Source: an uncultured Rhizobium sp. (GTDB lineage: Bacteria; Bacteroidota; Bacteroidia; NS11-12g; UBA955). From it: a DNA stretch of 64,000 nucleotides. Shown piece by piece: positions 29,518 through 37,753 of this stretch. Position numbers and translations under genes: made by a program. The first letter of the stretch is position 1; the number at the start of each line of letters is the position of its first letter. A model generated the notes under the pieces. The model searched no databases. It was not told where the DNA came from and saw only the letters and a program-made list of their open reading frames with translations. The DNA lies in the NCBI GenBank assembly GCA_964527775.1, contig CAZGQS010000001.1, positions 222,922 through 286,921 of the forward strand, written 5' to 3'.

Positions 29518-30935
29518 GATAATACTCCTTTCGCGTTAGAAATTTCTAACATTAACTTTTCTACAGACAAGGGAAAGATTTCCAAAATAACTTGTGGGAA
29601 TAATCCGATAAACAACACCGTAAATGCGACAATTATCAAAGGTAGATAATCTACAAAAGATATCTCTGACATTTTAATGTCGTTAGAACCTAAAGCTGCT
29701 TTTTGAAATATCCTTAACATATAAACAGCACATAAAATGATGGTTAAACCAGAGAGGACACCGTGAATTGAGTTGTATTTGAATACACTGTTTAATAACA
29801 TGAATTCTCCAGGAAAACCGCTAGTTAATGGCGCTGCTGCAGTTCCAATGACAATGATAAAAAACAAAACAGTGAAAAACTTAAACTTAGATGCAATTCC
29901 ACCTAATTCAGATAAGTTTCGAGTATTTGCATTTTTTTGAATGATGTCAATGATTAAGAACATACCAACCACGTTTAAGCCGTGAACCAACATTTGTAAT
30001 AATCCACCATTAAAACCTGATGAGTTTAAAGTAAAGAAACCTGCAGCGATAAGTCCTACGTGAGACAATGAACTGTAGGCGGTGATGCGTTTCATATCAT
30101 CTTGGCGAATGGCTATGATTCCACCATAAATAATTCCAGTTACAGCTAAAGTCATTACTATTGGTTGATAAAAGTCAATACTCTCTGCTGCTAGTGGCAT
30201 ATACCAACGAATCAGTCCGTAAAGACCCATCTTAAGCATTATACCTGATAACAACATGCTTCCTTGTGCAGGCGCATTGGTATAGGTATCTGCTTGCCAC
30301 AAATGAAATGGGAAAATAGGTATTTTAACGGCAAACGCCAATAAAAGTCCCCCGCCAATAATCAGCGATTGTGAATGACTCAGCTGGGTATTTAATAAAT
30401 CAGCATAGGCAAAACTTCCTCCGGAAAGCGAAGCCAAATAGATCAATGAAGCCAACATTGCAAGGGAACCAACAAAAGTGTATATGAAAAAACGGATGGT
30501 TGTTACAAAATTGTCTTTTTCTGAAAACTGGAGTGTAATAAAGTAAATAGGAATCATGGCAAGCTCCCAGAAAAGGTAAAATATTAAACCATCCTGTGCC
30601 ATGAAAACACCATTCAAACCTGCTTGCATTAAAAATGCCCAAGCAATGAGTTTTTGATTTTGGTCTTTGACAGACAAAACTATGATGGGCAATAATATCT
30701 GGGTCAATAATAACATGAACCAAGTAATTTGATCAATAACCATAGTAAAACGAACAGATTCGCCTAGCCAGGGTTGATCAAACACAACTAATCCATCGGG
30801 AAATGAACCCTGATTGTATTTAGTCAATAAAACTACCAAACCAATTAGACTTAAACCAGAGGCAATCCATCTTGATTTAATTGGTAAAAATGCCCAAATT
30901 AATGAAGCAAGTATGGGTATAAGTATGAGTTCCAC
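29514..30935 (-). CDS. nuoM: NADH-quinone oxidoreductase subunit M
   Basis: Antiporter-like subunit with FFLFWELAMIPIYF-type and HLWQADTY-type (PFHLWLPDA-like) motifs. Position between L and N. Confidence 0.9.
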   Translation of the reverse strand: MELILIPILASLIWAFLPIKSRWIASGLSLIGLVVLLTKYNQGSFPDGLVVFDQPWLGESVRFTMVIDQITWFMLLLTQILLPIIVLSVKDQNQKLIAWAFLMQAGLNGVFMAQDGLIFYLFWELAMIPIYFITLQFSEKDNFVTTIRFFIYTFVGSLAMLASLIYLASLSGGSFAYADLLNTQLSHSQSLIIGGGLLLAFAVKIPIFPFHLWQADTYTNAPAQGSMLLSGIMLKMGLYGLIRWYMPLAAESIDFYQPIVMTLAVTGIIYGGIIAIRQDDMKRITAYSSLSHVGLIAAGFFTLNSSGFNGGLLQMLVHGLNVVGMFLIIDIIQKNANTRNLSELGGIASKFKFFTVLFFIIVIGTAAAPLTSGFPGEFMLLNSVFKYNSIHGVLSGLTIILCAVYMLRIFQKAALGSNDIKMSEISFVDYLPLIIVAFTVLFIGLFPQVILEIFPLSVEKLMLEISNAKGVLS

Positions 30936-32824
30936 TATGCAAAAATTAAATTAACACCCAACAACAATACAATGGCAATAACCATGTACAATAAATACAT
31001 TTCAATATTTCCGTTTTGAACTTTTTTATTCAATCTACCTATCACCTTTAGTAAAGGGAAGATTCCAAATGTAAACGCTCTCAAAATCAATCCATCGAAC
31101 AAATCATGCAATATGCTTGATGTGATTTCTAAAGGACGAACAAAAACCTTATTGTAGAATTCATCAACATAAAATTTGTTCTGTAATAAACCACCTAACC
31201 CGGTTGAGGTCTCAGCTGGTATAGTGGCTTTGGTTACAAAGATGTTCCTAGCAATTAAAAATCCGGTTACGAAAATCAAAACAGCAATTCCTATTAATAC
31301 ATATTCAGTACTATGATCAATTTCATGAATAGATTGGGGAATAATGAAAAGGGGCTTCAACCAATTGAATAGAAATCCTTCAGTATGAGTAAGATAAGCG
31401 GGTAAGTTTAATGCACCACCTAGAATACTCAAAACCGCTAAAACCATCAAAGGTAAGGTCATATTAATTGGAGATTCGTGCACTTTTTCAAATGCATAAT
31501 GGTGATTTCTATATTGACCGTGAAACGTCAAGAAATAAAGTCTAAACATGTAAATGGTGGTCAATAATGCTGAACCCACCAATAATGCGTAAGCAACTTT
31601 ATTGTGCATAAACACAGCGGTCAATATTTCATCTTTTGAAAAGAATCCAGAAAGTAAGGGAAATCCGCTGATAGCTAAAGTTCCAATCAAAAATGTAAGA
31701 TGCGTCAATGGCATCTTTGATTTAAGTCCACCCATGTGTCTGATATCTTGTTCATGATGCATACCATGAATAACGCTTCCAGCTCCCAAGAATAAAAGAG
31801 CTTTAAAAAATGCATGAGTGGTAACATGGAACAATGCAGTTGTGTATGCTCCAGTGCCCAACGCTACAAACATGAAACCCAGTTGACTCACTGTTGAATA
31901 CGCCAATACTTTTTTAATGTCATTTTGTTTCAATCCTATAAGAGCAGCCATAACAGCAGTTCCTAATCCTACCCAAAGAATAATTTCATTGGTAAGTGGC
32001 GATAGAGCAAATAAAACTTGGCAACGAACAGTAAGATAAATACCTGCGGTAACCATTGTTGCCGCGTGAATTAATGCAGAAACTGGTGTTGGACCCGCCA
32101 TTGCATCAGGTAACCAAGTGAAGAGTGGGATTTGAGCACTTTTACCTGTAGCACCCACAAAAAGCAATAAACTAATTGCGGTTAACATGTTAGTGGATGT
32201 GTTTCCGGCAGCAATTTGAGTAAATACCACGTCGTAATCGAGAGAGCCAAACTGGGAAATTATCAAGAACATCCCTAAAAGAAGTCCTAAATCACCAATA
32301 CGGTTCATAATAAATGCTTTTCTCGCAGCTTTTCCGTAATCTTCGTTTTTATACCAAAATCCGATTAACAAATAAGAACAAAGTCCAACGCCTTCCCATC
32401 CAAAGAACATCATCAAGAAGTTAGAACCAAGCACTAACAACAACATGTTGAATATGAAGAAGTTCAGATATGCAAAAAACTTGTAAAATCCTTCATCTTC
32501 TTTCATATATGAAATAGAATACAGATGAATCAGTGTGCCTATTCCGGTAATAATCAAGGTCATCCAAATAGAAAGTCGATCTAATTGAAATGCAACTTTT
32601 AACGATAATTGATCAATTTGGAGGAATGTAAATAAATCTAGGTGAATAGAATTGTTCTCTGGTTGAGAAATGATGCTCCAATTGAGAATTGCGATGACAA
32701 AAGCACCTAAAACGGCAGAGGTACCAATTGCACCAACAACTATTTTTGGCAATTTATTACCCAATACACCGTTGATGATAAAGCCTAATAACGGGAGGCC
32801 TAGAATTAAAATAATTGGATTCAT
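30935..32824 (-). CDS. nuoL: NADH-quinone oxidoreductase subunit L
   Basis: 629 aa. GWEGVGLCSYLLIGFW, TWLPDAMAGPTPVSALIHAATMVTAG, and a C-terminal lateral-helix extension. Confidence 0.93.
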   Translation of the reverse strand: MNPIILILGLPLLGFIINGVLGNKLPKIVVGAIGTSAVLGAFVIAILNWSIISQPENNSIHLDLFTFLQIDQLSLKVAFQLDRLSIWMTLIITGIGTLIHLYSISYMKEDEGFYKFFAYLNFFIFNMLLLVLGSNFLMMFFGWEGVGLCSYLLIGFWYKNEDYGKAARKAFIMNRIGDLGLLLGMFLIISQFGSLDYDVVFTQIAAGNTSTNMLTAISLLLFVGATGKSAQIPLFTWLPDAMAGPTPVSALIHAATMVTAGIYLTVRCQVLFALSPLTNEIILWVGLGTAVMAALIGLKQNDIKKVLAYSTVSQLGFMFVALGTGAYTTALFHVTTHAFFKALLFLGAGSVIHGMHHEQDIRHMGGLKSKMPLTHLTFLIGTLAISGFPLLSGFFSKDEILTAVFMHNKVAYALLVGSALLTTIYMFRLYFLTFHGQYRNHHYAFEKVHESPINMTLPLMVLAVLSILGGALNLPAYLTHTEGFLFNWLKPLFIIPQSIHEIDHSTEYVLIGIAVLIFVTGFLIARNIFVTKATIPAETSTGLGGLLQNKFYVDEFYNKVFVRPLEITSSILHDLFDGLILRAFTFGIFPLLKVIGRLNKKVQNGNIEMYLLYMVIAIVLLLGVNLIFA

Positions 32825-33150
32825 CAGTCTTTCAATTGATCTAAGAAACTAACATCGGTTTTACGTGTATTACGATAAACCATTACCAAAATTGCTAATC
32901 CAACGGCAGCTTCGGCAGCTGCTACAACCATGATGAAAAATACAAACATTTGACCGTTTGCATTTGCATCTCCCATGTATTCGGTGAATGCGGCCAATAG
33001 AAGATTTACAGAGTTCAACATCAACTCAATGCACATCAATAAAACGATGGCATTTCTTCTGAACAAAACACCAAATAAGCCAATACTAAAAAGTACAGTG
33101 CTTAAATAGATGTAATGGCTTATTTCAAGATTATGAAAAACGTTAAGCAT
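32824..33150 (-). CDS. nuoK: NADH-quinone oxidoreductase subunit K
   Basis: 108 aa with three TM helices. CIELMLNSVNL and AAAEAAVGLAI motifs. Confidence 0.92.
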   Translation of the reverse strand: MLNVFHNLEISHYIYLSTVLFSIGLFGVLFRRNAIVLLMCIELMLNSVNLLLAAFTEYMGDANANGQMFVFFIMVVAAAEAAVGLAILVMVYRNTRKTDVSFLDQLKD

Positions 33151-33691
33151 TATTATTATTATTCAAATCCACTAATTCTTCAGAATTTTTATCTCTTTTA
33201 CCCAAAAGAACGGCTCCTACCATAGCTGAAATAAATAGTATTCCAGATAATTCGAAAGGAACCAAGTATTCAGTCATCAAAACTCGACCAAGGTTTTTTA
33301 CCAAACCGATGCCTTCAGATGGTGCAGGCATAACTGCAATTCCTGATTTCTGGAATGCCGCCGTTAATGTAATTAAAACCATACCCGCTGCAATACTTGC
33401 AGCTATACCCCAAAGATTGCTTTTTATGGGTTCTGATTCTTTACTTAAGTTTAATAGCATTAATACAAATAAGAATAAAACCATAATTGCACCAGCATAA
33501 ACCATCAAATTCACTATCGCCAAAAACTGTGCATTAAGTAATATGTAATGGGCTGATATACTAAAAAAAGTTAAAATCAATGCTAAAACGCTATGAACAG
33601 GATTTTTACTTGTTACTACATACAATGCACTCAAAATGGTAATGAATGAAAGTATGAGAAATGGAAGGGGTAAACTACTAATTTCTGACAT
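33143..33691 (-). CDS. nuoJ: NADH-quinone oxidoreductase subunit J
   Basis: Start taken at MSEISSLPLPFLIL..., directly abutting the nuoI stop at 33693. SKNPVHSVLALI motif. Confidence 0.88.
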   Translation of the reverse strand: MSEISSLPLPFLILSFITILSALYVVTSKNPVHSVLALILTFFSISAHYILLNAQFLAIVNLMVYAGAIMVLFLFVLMLLNLSKESEPIKSNLWGIAASIAAGMVLITLTAAFQKSGIAVMPAPSEGIGLVKNLGRVLMTEYLVPFELSGILFISAMVGAVLLGKRDKNSEELVDLNNNNNA

Positions 33692-33692
33692 T

Positions 33693-34232
33693 TTACTTGT
33701 TTTGATAATCCCAAACTTGTCTTTTAGATACATCCACACGTTGATCTATTGGTTCAACGAGTTTATCTTTTCCGAAGATGAACTCATCTCTTCCAAAATT
33801 GGCATCAACTATTCTATCTGTTAGGAAAATAGCTTCTTTGGGACATGCTTCTTCACAAAGTCCGCAGAAAATACATCTCAACATATTAATTTCATAGGTT
33901 GAAGCGTATTTCTCTTCTCGATAAAGATTCTCCTCTCCTTTTGTTCTTTCAGAAGCAATCATTGTTATTGCTTCTGCTGGACATGAAACCGCGCAAAGTC
34001 CGCAAGCCGTGCATCTTTCTCTACCTTGTTCATCTCTTTTCAAAACGTGTTGTCCGCGATAAATAGCTGACATAGGCCTAGTTTCTTCAGGATATGAAAC
34101 TGTATTTTTCTTTTTAAAGAAATGCTTCAATGTAATCCACATACCTCCAAAAACTGCAGGCAAATAGATTCTCTCCGCAAAAGACATCTTTTTATTGGAG
34201 ACAGATTGGGAACGATTGGTTAATGACTGCAT
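33693..34232 (-). CDS. nuoI: NADH-quinone oxidoreductase subunit I (2x[4Fe-4S] ferredoxin)
   Basis: CTACGLCAVSCP and CIFCGLCEEACP cluster motifs. Confidence 0.93.
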   Translation of the reverse strand: MQSLTNRSQSVSNKKMSFAERIYLPAVFGGMWITLKHFFKKKNTVSYPEETRPMSAIYRGQHVLKRDEQGRERCTACGLCAVSCPAEAITMIASERTKGEENLYREEKYASTYEINMLRCIFCGLCEEACPKEAIFLTDRIVDANFGRDEFIFGKDKLVEPIDQRVDVSKRQVWDYQNK

Positions 34233-34246
34233 AAGTGAAAAACGTT

Positions 34247-35518
34247 TTAATCTCTTAAGTGTTTTCCTTTGATTTTGTATTTCTTACCAAGAGCCTTTGC
34301 TGCTTGTAATTTCTTGCTGATTTTCTTCACGCTGTTTACTGGAATCATTTCAGTATAAGTACCATCAGTTAATTTGAAGATAAATTGAGGGTTTTCCAAC
34401 TTTTTGTAATTGATATACATCTTGTTGTCAACCATTTGACTTTGAATGATGGTAATTGGACTTTCTTGAACGATGTAAACGGTTTCAATCTGTTTGGTTT
34501 TATCTTTTATCTCAACCACTTTACTTGCACCAGCAGGAGCAGCTAAAACAATTTTACCCTCAGCATCTTTTGAAGTTGGACAGTTTAATGTTACATCAAA
34601 CTTAACAGCATCTTTTTTGATGGTACGTTTGCGAATCTTTTTGTTTCTGTCTTTGGAATTATCCATGTTGCCAGTTTTCAAGCTTTTGGCCAATACTTTT
34701 ACTCTTGACTTTCTGTAACCTTCAAAGTCCATAGGGTCAATTGTGATTGTTACAGGATGTTCCAAGCAACTGTCAACAGCAAATTTTACATCAATGATAC
34801 CAACCCATTCCATACCTTCTTTTTGTTTGTAAACCAAGGGCATATCAGATTGAATGATTCCCATAATATCTGAAATCTTAGAAACTTTAATACCCAAGTC
34901 ACCTGATTTGCCTTTTGCTTTGGCTTGATCTTGTAATTTTTTCAAATCACACTTGTTTATAGTCATTTCAAGCTGTCCGTTCAACATAATAGTAGTATCA
35001 CCAACGCAAGGGTCAGGTTTAGCGGGCTCAACTTTTGGCTCTTCTTTTGGTTTTTCGATAATGGTGATTTCAACGCGTCTGTTTTGAGCGGCTTTTTCTT
35101 TATTAGTTTCTCCTACTCTGGGTTTAGAACGTCCAAAATATTTTGGCATCATCCATTTTTCGTTGATACCTAGAGAAATCAATGCATCGAATACTTCATC
35201 TACACGATCGCGAGAAAGTTCCATGTTGTAAACATCATTTCCTGTTGAATCAGTATGACCGGTTAAAACCAACCTATATTCTTTAATTCCTTTAAGTGTA
35301 TTAATCAATGATTCCAATTTCTTCTGCTCTTTCGTAGTAATTTCTGATTCATTGATATCAAAGAAAATGTTTACTGCAGGGGAAAGCTCTCTTGGCTCTT
35401 CAGCGATACCCGCTTTTTGAGGGTTATTGTCAACCTTTGGAGATTGGGGTTTAGTTTGTGCGCCTAAGGTTGTAGTTAGGGAAATCAAACCAGCGACAAA
35501 AAGTCCTTTCAGTTTCAT
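34247..35518 (-). CDS. OmpA-family (peptidoglycan-binding) protein with about 260-aa Lys-rich C-terminal region of unknown function
   Basis: Signal peptide MKLKGLFVAGLISLTTTLGAQ from the ATG at 35518. OmpA_C-like block LTGHTDSTGNDVYNMELSRDRVDEVFDAL...NRRVEITI. The stop lies 14 nt upstream of the nuoI ATG. Confidence 0.75.
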   Translation of the reverse strand: MKLKGLFVAGLISLTTTLGAQTKPQSPKVDNNPQKAGIAEEPRELSPAVNIFFDINESEITTKEQKKLESLINTLKGIKEYRLVLTGHTDSTGNDVYNMELSRDRVDEVFDALISLGINEKWMMPKYFGRSKPRVGETNKEKAAQNRRVEITIIEKPKEEPKVEPAKPDPCVGDTTIMLNGQLEMTINKCDLKKLQDQAKAKGKSGDLGIKVSKISDIMGIIQSDMPLVYKQKEGMEWVGIIDVKFAVDSCLEHPVTITIDPMDFEGYRKSRVKVLAKSLKTGNMDNSKDRNKKIRKRTIKKDAVKFDVTLNCPTSKDAEGKIVLAAPAGASKVVEIKDKTKQIETVYIVQESPITIIQSQMVDNKMYINYKKLENPQFIFKLTDGTYTEMIPVNSVKKISKKLQAAKALGKKYKIKGKHLRD

Positions 35519-35621
35519 GGCAATTATAATTGCTCGCGAAAATAAACGAAATCTTTTGCTCTTCACAACTAAGATTGAGCATTTATCAAGAATGTTTCAA
35601 GATTCTCAACACAACATCTAC

Positions 35622-35629
35622 TATATTTG
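35622..35629 (+). promoter_or_regulatory. Candidate -7 box (TATATTTG) for the C25-like T9SS gene
   Basis: Perfect TAnnTTTG ending 6 nt before the ATG at 35636. Only a weak -33 (TGTTTC) about 20 nt upstream. Confidence 0.4.
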
Positions 35630-35635
35630 AAAATC

Positions 35636-37651
35636 ATGAACCGATTTAAAAGAATTCTTGGACTCATTGCAATGTCATTTTCTTGCAGTGCTGTATACTC
35701 CCAAGTAGCAAAAAGTCAAACCATTCCAGTTGAAATAAAGGTTAATTCTGACGGACTAAATTTCAATTTTCCATCAAGTTCATCAACTTCAACGTATAAT
35801 ATTTTTTATAGACCCCTTTTTAAACAGGGTTCAACTTTTAATACACTTACAACTGGTATTCCAGGAAGTTCTGTATTATTTGAGATTAAATCTAACAATG
35901 ATGTTAATCAAATTACCAAAGAAAACAATCCGTTTGAATACATCTTAACAAAAACTGAAAATAGTTCAACTACGGCTCTGGGGTATACACTTTCAGGAGT
36001 AAAATACAATCCTCCAGTAAATCGAAAACATGTAATTTTATTGATTGATAGTAGTTACTTGATAGCATTGAATACTGAATTGGATCAACTAGTTGAAGAT
36101 TTGTATTTTATGGGTTGGCAAGTGAGTAAAGTCTTTGCAGGTAGAAATGAGTCAGCAGAAACAGTCAAAGAACGGTTGAAAAAACACCATTACAGTCAAA
36201 TTAAAACACCAGAAACACTATTTATCATTGGTCATGTTCCTGTTCCCTATTCTGGTTATTTTTCTTCGCAGGGTACAAAATATCCCCCAGACGGACATGC
36301 TGAGGGTTCTGGAAATCACACCGGTGCATGGCCCGCGGATAGCTATTACGGTGATTTTGAAGGAATTTGGACCGATAGAAACGTTACCTGTACTACGGGC
36401 ACTCAAACAAGGCATCACAACATTCCCAAAGACGGAAAATTTGATCAGTCGGTGATTCCTAGTGATGTAGTTTTAGAAATTGGACGAGCAGATTTTTTTA
36501 ATATGTCGGCATTCTCAAACAATGACACTGCTTTAACTAAACAATATTTAAATAGGATTCATGATTGGCGTTTAGGTAAAATCAGTATGGAGAAAAGAGC
36601 ATTGATTGATAATAACTTTACCGGACTTAACCTTGCTTCTACGGGATATCAAAACCTACCTTGTTTTGTGGGACTAGACAGTGTCTTTGATGATCGTGAT
36701 TATTTCACTGCTCAAAAACAGGGTTCATATCTTTGGAGTTATGGTTGCGGAGCCGGCAGTTACACAAGTTGTAATGGAATTGGAAGTACCACTGACTTTG
36801 TAAAATCAAAAGACAGTTTTCAAAATGCGTTTACCATTTTAGCTGGAAGTTATTTTGGGGATTTCGATGTGAAAAACAGTTTATTGAAAGCCCCATTATT
36901 GGCAGGTAGCTTAAATTGTTTTTGGGGTGGAATTCCTAAATGGTATGTTCACCACATGGCGCTAGGTTCAAATATTGGATTTGGGGCTATGATTACCATG
37001 AACAATACCACGGAGTATTTCAATGGTCAGTTTAACGGTTCAGATAGAGGTGTTTTCATATCGTTAATGGGCGATCCTACAATTACTTTAGCGCCCCCAC
37101 AGACAATTTCAAATTTAACAGCTTCATCAAATAACGGAAAAGTGCAACTGAATTGGACTGCATCTCCTGATGCTGATTTTTATGAAGTTTATTTGTTGGA
37201 TACTTCTAATAAAGCCGGTCATATTAAGAATTTGAGAAAAAAGGACTTTACCAGCTATACTACAAATTTCAGTGATGATGAAAATTGGACTTCGGGTAAG
37301 TTTGAATACTTGGTTTGTGCGGTGAGACTGGATACTACGGGAGCAGGAACTTATTACAATAGAAGTAAATTCATGAGCGTGAAAGTTGATCATGTAAACT
37401 CTTTAAGAGCTGTTTCAGACAATGCAATTAAAATTTATCCAAATCCGTCAAGTGGTAGAGTTCATCTAGAAGGTTTTCCAACGGAAAAGATTAGCATCTT
37501 TAACGTTCAAGGTCAACTGATAAAAGAAGTAAAACTCCATGAATCAAAGTCTGATTTGGAATTAAATCTAGAAGATTTGATGCCCGGGATGTATTGGATT
37601 GTCGCATGCAATCAAACACAAACTATAACTAAACCTTTGATAATTGAATAA
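35636..37651 (+). CDS. Secreted peptidase C25-like (gingipain-fold) domain protein with Fn3-like domain and T9SS C-terminal sorting domain
   Basis: Signal peptide MNRFKRILGLIAMSFSCSAVYSQ. The layout HVILLIDSSYL..ELDQLVEDL...LFIIGHVPVP...ADSYYGDF...VVLEIGRADF follows the C25 family pattern (tentative). Fn3-like NLTASSNNGKVQLNWTASPDADFYEVY. CTD IKIYPNPSSGRVHLEG...GMYWIV. Confidence 0.6.
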   Translation: MNRFKRILGLIAMSFSCSAVYSQVAKSQTIPVEIKVNSDGLNFNFPSSSSTSTYNIFYRPLFKQGSTFNTLTTGIPGSSVLFEIKSNNDVNQITKENNPFEYILTKTENSSTTALGYTLSGVKYNPPVNRKHVILLIDSSYLIALNTELDQLVEDLYFMGWQVSKVFAGRNESAETVKERLKKHHYSQIKTPETLFIIGHVPVPYSGYFSSQGTKYPPDGHAEGSGNHTGAWPADSYYGDFEGIWTDRNVTCTTGTQTRHHNIPKDGKFDQSVIPSDVVLEIGRADFFNMSAFSNNDTALTKQYLNRIHDWRLGKISMEKRALIDNNFTGLNLASTGYQNLPCFVGLDSVFDDRDYFTAQKQGSYLWSYGCGAGSYTSCNGIGSTTDFVKSKDSFQNAFTILAGSYFGDFDVKNSLLKAPLLAGSLNCFWGGIPKWYVHHMALGSNIGFGAMITMNNTTEYFNGQFNGSDRGVFISLMGDPTITLAPPQTISNLTASSNNGKVQLNWTASPDADFYEVYLLDTSNKAGHIKNLRKKDFTSYTTNFSDDENWTSGKFEYLVCAVRLDTTGAGTYYNRSKFMSVKVDHVNSLRAVSDNAIKIYPNPSSGRVHLEGFPTEKISIFNVQGQLIKEVKLHESKSDLELNLEDLMPGMYWIVACNQTQTITKPLIIE

Positions 37652-37753
37652 TTAATTGGGTCATTCAATCAAAAATGTGATGAAAAGTGGTGGTAGAAAT
37701 TCAAACTTTGGTTAATTTCGCGCCTTTCAAATAGAAAGGAACAATAAAATACT

